Positions 50,701 through 57,917 of a stretch of 64,000 nucleotides of DNA are shown one piece after another. Every line of letters begins with the position of its first letter. Position 1 is the first letter of the stretch. A model generated the notes under the pieces. That model was given only the letters and a program-made list of their open reading frames with translations. It was not told the origin of the DNA and made no database searches. The position numbers were made by a program, and so were the translations under genes. Source of the stretch: Candidatus Latescibacterota bacterium (GTDB lineage Bacteria > Latescibacterota > UBA2968 > GCA-2709665); contig OZ242358.1 of the NCBI GenBank assembly GCA_965208835.1, forward strand, positions 576,001 to 640,000. Direction: 5' to 3'.

Positions 50701-52181
50701 CTGGGTCGTGCGGGATAACAGGCTATGAGATTAGCAACGGGGATAACACGTATACCACGACTGGGACGAGTTTCTTTGTATCGGGATTGACCAACTGCAC
50801 CGAATATACGTTTTCGGTGCTTGCAAAGACGATGATTTCAAGGGGCGCATCCAAAAGCGTCACGGCTACACCCGGCGTAAGGCCCTCTAAGGTTACCGGC
50901 GCGTCGGTGACGTCTGTAGGTGACGGGTCGGTGACGCTGGGCTGGGACCAACATAGCGACGCCACCGTCAGAAGCTATAGGATCTCCTACCTTGTGGGCC
51001 TCATGGTCGACTCGAGTATCGCAAACGGTCGTACCACGACGAGTTACAGAGTGACAGGGTTGAGCAATTGCGTTCAGCACAATTTTCAGGTACATGCGAG
51101 AAACTGCAAAGGCTTGGGTGGCGGGTCGGATGCGTTATCGGGCACACCGGGCGTGAAGCCCGCCGCACCCACCGGACTACAGGTCACATCGGAGGGTGAT
51201 GGGTCGGTATCGTTGAGTTGGACCCAACATAGCGACACCACCGTCCGCGGGTATAGGATCATTTACGGCACCAGCGGCGCGTCGAGTGATACTGTAACCG
51301 TAACCGGCCGCGGCACGACCAGCCGCTCAGTGTCGGGATTGACCAACTGCAGCCTGTATACGTTCAAGGCGCTTGCGTACAACTGCAAAGGGGATGGAAC
51401 GTCGTCGGGCGGCGTGACGGCTACGCCACATGCGCCGATTTCCGTATCGTCCATTTCGAATAGGGTGGGGACGAAAGGCAAGGCTGTTTCAGGGTTCAGG
51501 GTAGGGGTGAGCGGCGGGTGTCCCCCGTACACCTATTCTCTTTCGTCCGACCCTTCGTCAGGGTCCAATCTCTCTATTTCGAGCGGCAGAATTTCCGGCA
51601 CACCAACCGCAACGGGGAGTTTCACGATTGACGTGGAAGTAGAGGACGGATTGGACAATTCCGGATCATCGTCGTTCACGTTTACTGTGGCGGATCCAGT
51701 CGTTATTGCCAGCATTTCGGATAAAACAGAAAGTGTGTCCGTGCCGTTCTCGGAACAGGTTTCGGTGTCCGGTGGACGTACGGCTTACAGTTATTCCGTT
51801 TCAGTTACGCCAACACTGCCGCAAGGATCGACGCTTACGATATCAAACAGCGGGCTGATTGAAGGGGAGATTACCGGCGCCGATACCTATTCCGTTACCG
51901 TCACCGTGAGCGACGCCGACAGCCGGACCGATACCGAAGAGTTCGACGTAACCGTCGGACTACCTGGCGATTTCAACGGCAATGGCAGGCGCGATGCAGC
52001 CGACGCAGAAATGCTCAACAAGAAATCCGGCCTGAGATCGTCGGATGCGGGGTATGACCGGAGGATGGACCTGAACGGAGACGGGGTCATCAATTTCGCG
52101 GATCTCGTCATTCTAAGTGGATATATACAAAAGGACGCGTCGTCGCAGAGCGATAGTGAGTCGAATGATGAATCCGAATGA
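44730..52181 (+). CDS. Giant secreted Fn3-repeat protein (about 24 Fn3, 2 Ig-like/He_PIG, C-terminal dockerin/EF-hand pair)
   Basis: GGAGG SD; signal peptide ending AHG; repeats V.LSW...Y.I.Y...GLTNC.EYTFEV; GDFNGNGRRD...DLNGDGVINFAD. Confidence 0.92.
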   Translation: MRLNLTVYTGTLLAIFGRLRRIPAGPGHRRILLTVLLLASAVAPAHGSNIPTNLVATLGAGGVSLSWSAPTGNASTVTGYQVLRRHLGTDAAGVFNEIGTTGARQTTYTDASVVGGASYVYRVKARRGDKLSGFSNFTRIEVPPEPSKPSGLRAAAGHQSVTLSWNNPNNGTITGYEYRYRTGGAWSEWTAIDPSDSKTTSHRVTGLVNGQSYTFEVRAQNPAGPGTSASVSMRPIGFAPTNLTVAIVAGSVTLSWGVPAADAEFVTGYQVLRRRPEVDGAGVFHAIATTGGSETTYVDGGVEGGEKYAYRVKALRGTDLSLWTKPVNIVAPSVPSAPGNLSAAVGDGSVTLSWDDPDDDEITGYQVRYTTTGTRLPEWNNVPGSDANTTSHTVNRLTNCTEYTFEVRARAGDITGASSSVTRKPGAAPSQVTGVSVTGRGDGTVSLSWNGLNDATVTGYRITYSGATSGTIDVAGRTTTTHDVTGLTNCSEYTFEVSATNSCGVGPSSSSVTGTPGVAPSQVTGVSVTDTGDGTVSLSWDGSADATVTGYKITYSGATSGTIDVAGGATTSHRVTDLTNCSEYTFEVLAVNCVGGGSPSSSVTGTPSAAPYRAKRVSVTGTGDGTVSLRWELSADATVTGYRITYSGATSGTIDLAGRTTKWHDVTGLTNCSEYTFKVLTVNCKGYGEPSVGVTGTPGVAPAQVTGVSVTGTGDGTVSLSWDGSADATVTGYKITYSGATSGTIDVAGGATTSHRVTDLTNCSEYTFEVLAVNCVGGGSPSSSVTGTPSAAPYRAKRVSVTGTGDGTVSLRWELSADATVTGYRITYSGATSGTIDLAGRTTKWHDVTGLTNCSEYTFKVLTVNCKGYGEPSVGVTGTPGVAPAQVTGVSVTGTGDGTVSLSWDSSDDAMVTGYEITYSGATSGTIDVAGRTTTTQDVTGLTNCSEYTFEVSARNSCDAGPSSSSVTGTPGVAPSQVTGVSVTGTGDGTVTLSWDSSDDASVTGYQILYSGATSDTIDVGSDATSHAVAGLTNCEDYTFEVLAINCKADGAPSSSVTGTPGAAPAQVTGVTVTGTADGTVSLSWDSSDDATVTGYKISYSGAASGTIVVAGGATTTQDVTGLTNCEEYTFEVLAVNCMGDGAASSSVTARLGNAPGAVTGLSGSEGDDGEVTLSWTNPSGATKNEIRYAPKGTTLPTTWTEIDAATSYEVTGLTNCTEYTFEVRAKNGCGNGGAASDDARPGSAPGAVTGLSGSEGDDGQVTLSWTNPSGATKNEIRYAPKGTTLPTTWTEIDAATSYEVTGLTNCTEYTFEVRAKNGCGNGGAASDDARPGSAPGAVTGLSGSEGDDGQVTLSWTNPSGTITNNQIRYAKAGTSLPSTWTSIGVKTSHTVEDLDNCDEYTFEVRAVNCDGNGGADSGDATPSSGSAPGSVTGLEATKGNGQVTLSWTNPSGTITNNQIRYAKAGTSLPSTWTSIGVKTSHTVEDLDNCDEYTFEVRAVNCDGNGGADSGDATPSSGSAPGSVTDLEATKGNGQVTLSWANPSGTITNNQIRYAKAGTSLPSTWTSIGVKTSHTVEDLDNCDEYTFEVRAVNCDGNGGADSGDATPSSGSAPGAVTGLSGSEGDDGQVTLSWTNPSGTITNNQIRFAKAGTSLPSTWTSIGVKTSHTVEDLDNCDEYTFEVRAVNCDGNGGADSDKATPSSGSPPGAVTNLTATAGNTQVELSWTNPSGTITHVHFRYAPKGTTRWSSWARTDAATRHTVTGLTNCTEYTFEVCAVNCDGPGAADSDDARPGSAPGAVTGLSATKGNGQVALSWTNPSGATKNVIRYAPKGTDDWSSTEFDAATNRTVGELANCTEYTFEVRAKNGCGTGGADSENATPVGVPGEVDDLKAAKGDEQVTLSWSAPSGSCGITGYEISVGDRTLTTTGTSITVDELTNCTEYTFSVLAKTMISSGASKSVTQTPVPVPGQVTNLSKAENDGKVTLSWGAPSGSCGITGYEISNGDNTYTTTGTSFFVSGLTNCTEYTFSVLAKTMISRGASKSVTATPGVRPSKVTGASVTSVGDGSVTLGWDQHSDATVRSYRISYLVGLMVDSSIANGRTTTSYRVTGLSNCVQHNFQVHARNCKGLGGGSDALSGTPGVKPAAPTGLQVTSEGDGSVSLSWTQHSDTTVRGYRIIYGTSGASSDTVTVTGRGTTSRSVSGLTNCSLYTFKALAYNCKGDGTSSGGVTATPHAPISVSSISNRVGTKGKAVSGFRVGVSGGCPPYTYSLSSDPSSGSNLSISSGRISGTPTATGSFTIDVEVEDGLDNSGSSSFTFTVADPVVIASISDKTESVSVPFSEQVSVSGGRTAYSYSVSVTPTLPQGSTLTISNSGLIEGEITGADTYSVTVTVSDADSRTDTEEFDVTVGLPGDFNGNGRRDAADAEMLNKKSGLRSSDAGYDRRMDLNGDGVINFADLVILSGYIQKDASSQSDSESNDESE

Positions 52182-52356
52182 TCGACTGGGCCGACGGGTT
52201 CGATCATGGTGACAGTTTCACCATGATTCGACTCGCTCGTGGTAGACATAATTCATCGCCAAGGCCATTTGGATTCTCTGTTACTTTGGCATGGATTCAA
52301 CTGATCGCAGCATTCACGACGTCACCGCAGCGGTGACACCAGACGGGGAGGTATCT

Positions 52357-53166
52357 ATGAGTAACCGCATTATTTCAATAGCTTGTTCGGCGTCTGTTTT
52401 TATGGGTACGGCCTTCGCGGGAGAGATGACCACGGGCCTCGACGTCGGCGGAGGACTCAACGCTTCTGCAAAACTGACGCTGGAACGTGTGGACGATCGG
52501 GCCGCCGAGAAGGGAACTCTAAGAGTGCGCGTCTCTTTGTCTCAGGTCACGAACGTCAAGGGTTACGGCTTTTTGCTGCTATATGACCCGGCGAAGTGTG
52601 AGTTTGTAGAAGCCACGAAACTTGCGGACAATTTGCTGAAATCGGATGCCGGCGGGAAGCCGGTGTTCATGGCCTCAATCCCCACACCGGGCAAATTGGA
52701 AATCGGCGCGCTAAACGTCGACGATAAGGGCGTAAGCGGCAAGGGCGGCCTGGTGGATCTCGTCTTCAGGTTGAGCGAAACAACGTCGTCATCGGATTTT
52801 CATGTCTCTGAGAGCGTGCTGGTGGGTCTGGACGGTGCGGTCGAACCGTTAACGCACGTCGAGATCGGCGACCTCAGGCCGCTCCCCGATGCCTACGGTC
52901 TGGATCGGAACGCGCCGAATCCGTTCAATCCGTCCACGGTCATAGGTTTTCAGCTTCCCGAGGCCGGCAGGGTACGGCTGGTGATCTACAATCTGCTCGG
53001 CCAGCAAGTTCGTGAACTTGTAAACGAAAAAATGGAGGCAGGTTACTTCACGGCGACGTGGGATGGGACGGATGCACTGGGCCGGCGGGTTGCGAGTGGG
53101 GTCTATCTCTATCGGATACAGGCAGGGAACTTTTCGGCGGTACAGCGCATGTTGTTGCTGAAATAG
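52357..53166 (+). CDS. Secreted cohesin-like domain plus FlgD-Ig/T9SS type A-like sorting domain protein
   Basis: GGAGG SD and signal peptide ending AFA; VKGYGFLLLYDPAKCEFV...G.L..L.F; C-terminal NAPNPFNPST.I.F.LP...IYN.LGQ...WDG.D..G..VASGVYLY...MLLLK. Confidence 0.85.
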   Translation: MSNRIISIACSASVFMGTAFAGEMTTGLDVGGGLNASAKLTLERVDDRAAEKGTLRVRVSLSQVTNVKGYGFLLLYDPAKCEFVEATKLADNLLKSDAGGKPVFMASIPTPGKLEIGALNVDDKGVSGKGGLVDLVFRLSETTSSSDFHVSESVLVGLDGAVEPLTHVEIGDLRPLPDAYGLDRNAPNPFNPSTVIGFQLPEAGRVRLVIYNLLGQQVRELVNEKMEAGYFTATWDGTDALGRRVASGVYLYRIQAGNFSAVQRMLLLK

Positions 53167-53420
53167 CCCGGTAGCAGCCATAACCTTCTGACAGGTGCGC
53201 CGGAGCGCATTCTTCGTCGCTCGGCAGGCGTTTTGACGATCCACAAACGTGTTGGAACATCGCCACAAAGGTGAGGTTTTCATTGATATACGAGAATGTT
53301 TGGATGAACCGGCACGGAAACGAGGCTGGAGGGCACATCGATGAGATGGAGGCGAGCCGCCTCTAAACAGAGAAAGAACAGCGTATTAGCGGTAGAGTCT
53401 AGACCTCCAATTGAGAACCA

Positions 53421-53455
53421 CGAAAGACCCCTCCCTGAACCGGAGGGGTCTTTCG
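53421..53455. terminator. Strong hairpin, probable terminator
   Basis: CGAAAGACCCCTCC-7-GGAGGGGTCTTTCG perfect 14-bp stem. Confidence 0.75.
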
Positions 53456-53513
53456 CATGGCCGTCGGGAAACCTGACATCCGGAAAACTGAAATAAAACA
53501 CCTCTTTTTTCGC

Positions 53514-53543
53514 TTGACAAGATCCGATAGTTGGTGTTATCAT
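53514..53543 (+). promoter_or_regulatory. Sigma70-like promoter for the OMP/TBDR cluster
   Basis: TTGACA-18-TATCAT with TGn extended -10. Confidence 0.6.
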
Positions 53544-53832
53544 TGCTAATAGTATGCTGTAGATCGGTACCTGCTGCACAGGAGGTTATCAAAACGGCGT
53601 CTCAAGGGCTTTCTCTGTGGGAGGGGCACCGTCTTGCCGTATCTGTAATTATCGGCCCCCTGGGATTCGCGGACGCCCGTTCCAGTTGCCGCCGGACGGG
53701 CAATCGAAGTAACGTCGGGAACTTGCCGGGGAGTCGGTGACAGGTTGGCCAAAGTACTGCAAACGGACCGGGTTTTGCGAGAATGCCGGCGGCACGCTTA
53801 CGGCCTGATCCATCACTCAAGGAGGGCAGTCT

Positions 53833-54579
53833 ATGGGCACATGGAGGTATACGGCTGTTGCCGGGCTTCTGGTGGCGCTTCTCGCCCCGGATTCCGGCGC
53901 GCGGGAGTTCGACCGGATCGGCGGGCGGTTGCTGTTGGGCTACAACCTGCCCGTTTTGGGGCTTCGGAACAACTGGTACACCCAGGCAGTGCGTTGGGGC
54001 GGCAGCGTGGTTTACAACCGGAATGCCAACAACGCGCTCGAGTTCGAATATCACCGTTTACAATACAAAGACGGCAAGATTGAGAATCAGACGTTCACCT
54101 GGAACGAAGACTCGAAGGATTATGCAAGCCCACGCTCGGATGCCAGTATGCGGATCAACAGCGTGCTGTGCAACATGATTTTCCGACTCGGTGACAAGTC
54201 GCGGCTTTTCACTAACCAGGCGACTTCGCCCTACGTGGTAGCCGGCGGCGGATTTCACAGCTACAGCAATCGCGTGAGCGGCCTGATCTATCCCGGGCAG
54301 AAGGGCATCCCTGTCGCGGGCTCCGACCAGAACAGGCTGGATCCAGGCGTGGTTCTCGAACCGGTGGTGGAGAGCCGGTGGGCGCTGGGGGCCCATTTCG
54401 GGTTCGGCGTCGAGAGGTTCATGACCAACAACATTTCACTGGATTTCCGGGCTCAGCACAATTTCCTGGTAGGGACGCTCGGTCCGCGGGAGGCCTGGGG
54501 AATCAAGGGTGTGATGCCACTCCTGCAGATGCTGGACCTCGAGGTGGCCGTCAAATTCTACGAATCCGGAAGGAAGTAG
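53833..54579 (+). CDS. Small outer-membrane beta-barrel protein
   Basis: Signal peptide; amphipathic strands SPYVVAGGG, GAHFGFGVERF, ISLDFRA; aromatic residues near the C-terminus. Confidence 0.8.
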   Translation: MGTWRYTAVAGLLVALLAPDSGAREFDRIGGRLLLGYNLPVLGLRNNWYTQAVRWGGSVVYNRNANNALEFEYHRLQYKDGKIENQTFTWNEDSKDYASPRSDASMRINSVLCNMIFRLGDKSRLFTNQATSPYVVAGGGFHSYSNRVSGLIYPGQKGIPVAGSDQNRLDPGVVLEPVVESRWALGAHFGFGVERFMTNNISLDFRAQHNFLVGTLGPREAWGIKGVMPLLQMLDLEVAVKFYESGRK

Positions 54580-54668
54580 AGCGCCTTGAACGCCCGGGAA
54601 AGGAGGAGTCGTATTCCGAATCGGGAGCGAAAGGCGATTTGTTAAACCATACAAACGGAGGTTCTGCA

Positions 54669-57600
54669 ATGAAGAAGTGCGTTTTGTTTTTCGGGATTCT
54701 TTCCCTCTGCACGGCGCTGGCGTTCAGCGGTAGCGCCTTTGCCGGAACGACGGGAAAGATCGTTGGAAGGGTCCTGGACAATCAGGGTGAACCGCTGCCC
54801 GGCGCCAACGTGGTCGTCGAGGGCCTGAACATCGGATCGACAGCCGATGCGGAGGGATTCTACGTGATTCTCCGCGCCGATCCGGGGCTGTATACGCTCA
54901 AGGCGTCTCTGATCGGTTACCAGGCCGAGTCGCAGACGGACGTGCGCGTGCAGGCGGACGTGACCACGGAGGTCGATTTCAGGCTCCAGGAGGCCGTACT
55001 CGAACTCGGTGAATTGGTTGTCAAGGCGGAACGTCCCCTGCTGGAAGTCGATAAGACTTCCAGTAAGTACATCGTGGGCGCCGATGAGATCGAGCAGCTT
55101 CCCATCGTGCGCACCACCAGCGAATTGATCACGCTGCAGCCGGGTGTGCACCTCGACGGCTCCGACCGCATGCGGGGCAGCAACCGGCCCGGAGAATGGC
55201 GGAGCCGCACGGGCGGGGACGTGGCCTATTACGTGGACGGCGTGAAAATCGTGAACAGCGACGGCGCCGGGTCTCACAACTGGAAGGCCATCAACCGGTC
55301 GATTGTCCAGGAAATATCCGTGGTTACGGGCGGGATGAACGCCGAATACGGCAACGCCCAGGCAGGCGTCATCAGCATCATCACGAAGGACGGGAGCCAG
55401 AACTTCCACGGATGGGCGGAGTATCGCAGGACGCCCCCGGGGCAGAAGCACTGGGGCGCGAACGTCTACGAAAGCCCGTCGCACCTCGACAAGATGAGAT
55501 GGGGCGAGGGCGAATGGGAGAACGAGCGGGACCCGGAAACGGGACGTCTCACCCACCAGCGCTCGGCCTACGATGAGATCACCGGCCACGAGGTGGAGGG
55601 GAATGTCTCGGGTCCGCTTTCCAGGAGCGCTTCGTTCATCGTTTCGGGCAAGACGGCACGGAATGCGCCCATCTATCCCTCGGGGACGGAGAGGGGCTAT
55701 TATGACGACATAGGACGGTTTGTCCCTTCTCTGAATAACTACCAGGGATCATACAGCGTCACCGTCCGCGCGTCCGAAAACGTAAAGATGAAGGTCGGCG
55801 GTCTGTTCGAGTACAATAAGAAGTTTATCGGAACCGAACGTGACTCATGGCGGAACGAGCGGAACGCGGGTACCTCCAGCGGCGTCATCCGCGGCTCAGG
55901 CAAGAACATATTCCTGCCGGTTGACTGGAGCGCGGCGGGCAAGATGAGCACGACCCACAATATGCAATACGTGGCCATCACCCATTCTCTCTCACCCAGG
56001 ACGTTCTACGACCTGCGGATATCGCGCTATTCAACCGTCGACGACACCAGCGAAATCGCGGCGAGAACGTCGGACGTGCGTACGGATGCGGACGGATGGT
56101 TCGCCGTGGACCGGGAGGTCCGGCATTACCAGGTTGCGGACCGGAAGCGGTACCAGGTCAAGCTGGATCTGGCCAGCCAGATCACGAAGGGGCATTTCGT
56201 GAAGGCCGGATTCGAATTCATCAAGTACAGCATGTTTCTTACACGCTATACCGGAGAGAGCGCACAGGCCAGGCGGCTGGAGTTCGCGGGCGCGCAGGGC
56301 GTGATCGGAGACCCTGTCAAGCCCCAGCACCTTGCCATTTACGCGCAGGACAAGATGGAGTTCGAAGGCATGGTAATCAATGCCGGCCTGCGCCTGGACC
56401 TGTTCGATCCGGTATCCAAGTTCCCTGCATCGGGCGCTTACGCGTTCTCGCCCATGTACAACTCGCCGCTGAGGTTTCAGAATGCGCCCCACCGCGAACC
56501 GGTGGTGTTCAAGAACCTGAGCCCGCGGGTGGGGGTATCGCATCCGATCACGGCGCGGTCGGCCATGCACTATTTCGCGGGTCTGTTCCTGGCCTATCCC
56601 GACATCTATTACCTGTTTAACGGGGACTGGCGGACGTCCGGTCCGGACCAGGACTGGAACGGGAACGGCGTGATCGACCCTGGTGAACAGTATAACGCGA
56701 TGCGGCCGTCATACCCGATCCGCAGCGGGCAGGGCACCACCGAAATCCGACCCGAGAAGACCGTTTCGATGGAGGTGGGCGTCGACTGGAACTTCGTGCA
56801 GGACTACACGGGCGCGATCGCGCTGTACTATAAGAGCGCGAAGGACCAGTACCATTACCATTCCGACGTCCGCTTCTTCGCCCCGCACAGACCGGGCTTC
56901 GTGCATCCCTACGCCCGGGTCCTGCACAACAACGGTTTCGAAGAGCAGCGGGGTCTGGAATTTTCCCTTCGGAAGCCGCTCAGCCACAACTTCGCCATCA
57001 ACCTTGCGTACAACATGACCTGGGCCCAGGCCGGATGGGGCAACTTCGACGCCTGGTTCAACTTCCTGTATCCGGACTCCCTCTACATCGCCAGCGGGAG
57101 ATACTGGTACGAGTACAGGGTGGAGAACGGCGTTGAGGTGCCGGTACCCCTCACCGTAGAGCAGATCCGGGAGATCGGGGCCACCGCCAACAGATATATC
57201 CGGAACAACGACCGGCGGGACGGCAATCCCGGAGGCAGGGGATACGAGCAGACCCGTATGACGGCCCGGGAGTACGGGCTCATCGGTCTGGACGACTTCG
57301 AACTGGACCACATCCACGTCTGGGCCAGGGGTTATCAGACCGGCCTGAACGCCGACGGCGGCAACATCCGCAACCAGGGCAGTGTGCAGTTCCTCTACCT
57401 CACGCCGGGGGACTACGGACCCGATTTCAAGGTGTTCGGAAGCAAGTTCCTTGCCAACTGGCGGGTCAACCTGCTCTGGCGCATGCAGAACACGGGTTCG
57501 TTCTGGTACACGCCGCCGAATTCCGGCCGCGAACGGAGGCTGCGTCCCATCCGCACCTGGACCGACGTCGCCATCGAGAAGCGCTTTCCGTTCGGTCATG

Positions 57601-57809
57601 GCCGCGGCGACGTCAGCCTCTTCCTGGAGGTGCGGAACCTGTTCAACCAGAAGGACGACAGTTCATTCAATACCACTGACTGGACCAACTGGGGCCTGCT
57701 GACGGCCCGTCCGGACAACTCTCACTTCCTCCTGTACGGGGATACGGCCGACCGGAGCTTCTACAGCCATCCCCGGCGCACGGAAATGGGTCTGAGAATA
57801 CAGTTCTGA
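54669..57809 (+). CDS. TonB-dependent receptor with N-terminal carboxypeptidase-regulatory-like domain
   Basis: GTTGKIVGRV...PLPGANV; plug motif EISVVTGGMNAEYGNAQAGVI; AIYAQDKMEF; SPRVGVSHPI; C-terminal PRR..MGLRIQF. Confidence 0.93.
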   Translation: MKKCVLFFGILSLCTALAFSGSAFAGTTGKIVGRVLDNQGEPLPGANVVVEGLNIGSTADAEGFYVILRADPGLYTLKASLIGYQAESQTDVRVQADVTTEVDFRLQEAVLELGELVVKAERPLLEVDKTSSKYIVGADEIEQLPIVRTTSELITLQPGVHLDGSDRMRGSNRPGEWRSRTGGDVAYYVDGVKIVNSDGAGSHNWKAINRSIVQEISVVTGGMNAEYGNAQAGVISIITKDGSQNFHGWAEYRRTPPGQKHWGANVYESPSHLDKMRWGEGEWENERDPETGRLTHQRSAYDEITGHEVEGNVSGPLSRSASFIVSGKTARNAPIYPSGTERGYYDDIGRFVPSLNNYQGSYSVTVRASENVKMKVGGLFEYNKKFIGTERDSWRNERNAGTSSGVIRGSGKNIFLPVDWSAAGKMSTTHNMQYVAITHSLSPRTFYDLRISRYSTVDDTSEIAARTSDVRTDADGWFAVDREVRHYQVADRKRYQVKLDLASQITKGHFVKAGFEFIKYSMFLTRYTGESAQARRLEFAGAQGVIGDPVKPQHLAIYAQDKMEFEGMVINAGLRLDLFDPVSKFPASGAYAFSPMYNSPLRFQNAPHREPVVFKNLSPRVGVSHPITARSAMHYFAGLFLAYPDIYYLFNGDWRTSGPDQDWNGNGVIDPGEQYNAMRPSYPIRSGQGTTEIRPEKTVSMEVGVDWNFVQDYTGAIALYYKSAKDQYHYHSDVRFFAPHRPGFVHPYARVLHNNGFEEQRGLEFSLRKPLSHNFAINLAYNMTWAQAGWGNFDAWFNFLYPDSLYIASGRYWYEYRVENGVEVPVPLTVEQIREIGATANRYIRNNDRRDGNPGGRGYEQTRMTAREYGLIGLDDFELDHIHVWARGYQTGLNADGGNIRNQGSVQFLYLTPGDYGPDFKVFGSKFLANWRVNLLWRMQNTGSFWYTPPNSGRERRLRPIRTWTDVAIEKRFPFGHGRGDVSLFLEVRNLFNQKDDSSFNTTDWTNWGLLTARPDNSHFLLYGDTADRSFYSHPRRTEMGLRIQF

Positions 57810-57836
57810 TCCATTCCGGAATTGAGTCTTCGAATG

Positions 57837-57875
57837 GGCGGGGGGGACCCAGAGGGTTACCCGGGTCCCCCCGCC
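57837..57875 (+). other. GC-rich intergenic hairpin (mRNA stabiliser or attenuator)
   Basis: GGCGGGGGGGACCC...GGGTCCCCCCGCC with no immediate U-tract. Confidence 0.55.
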
Positions 57876-57917
57876 ACGCGATTCTTTCATTGACGATCTA
57901 TAAACGCTAAGGAGGAT

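Noticed and set aside
53388-53400. ops/RfaH element (AGCGGTAG)
   Set aside because: Partial match only, and it lies upstream of a terminator-like hairpin rather than in the predicted operon leader
54378-54668. N-terminal extension of the TBDR in the ORF track (similar extensions at 27816, 28508, 30307, 61378)
   Set aside because: Most overlap neighbouring genes; downstream ATGs with SD, signal peptide or family N-terminal motifs are better starts
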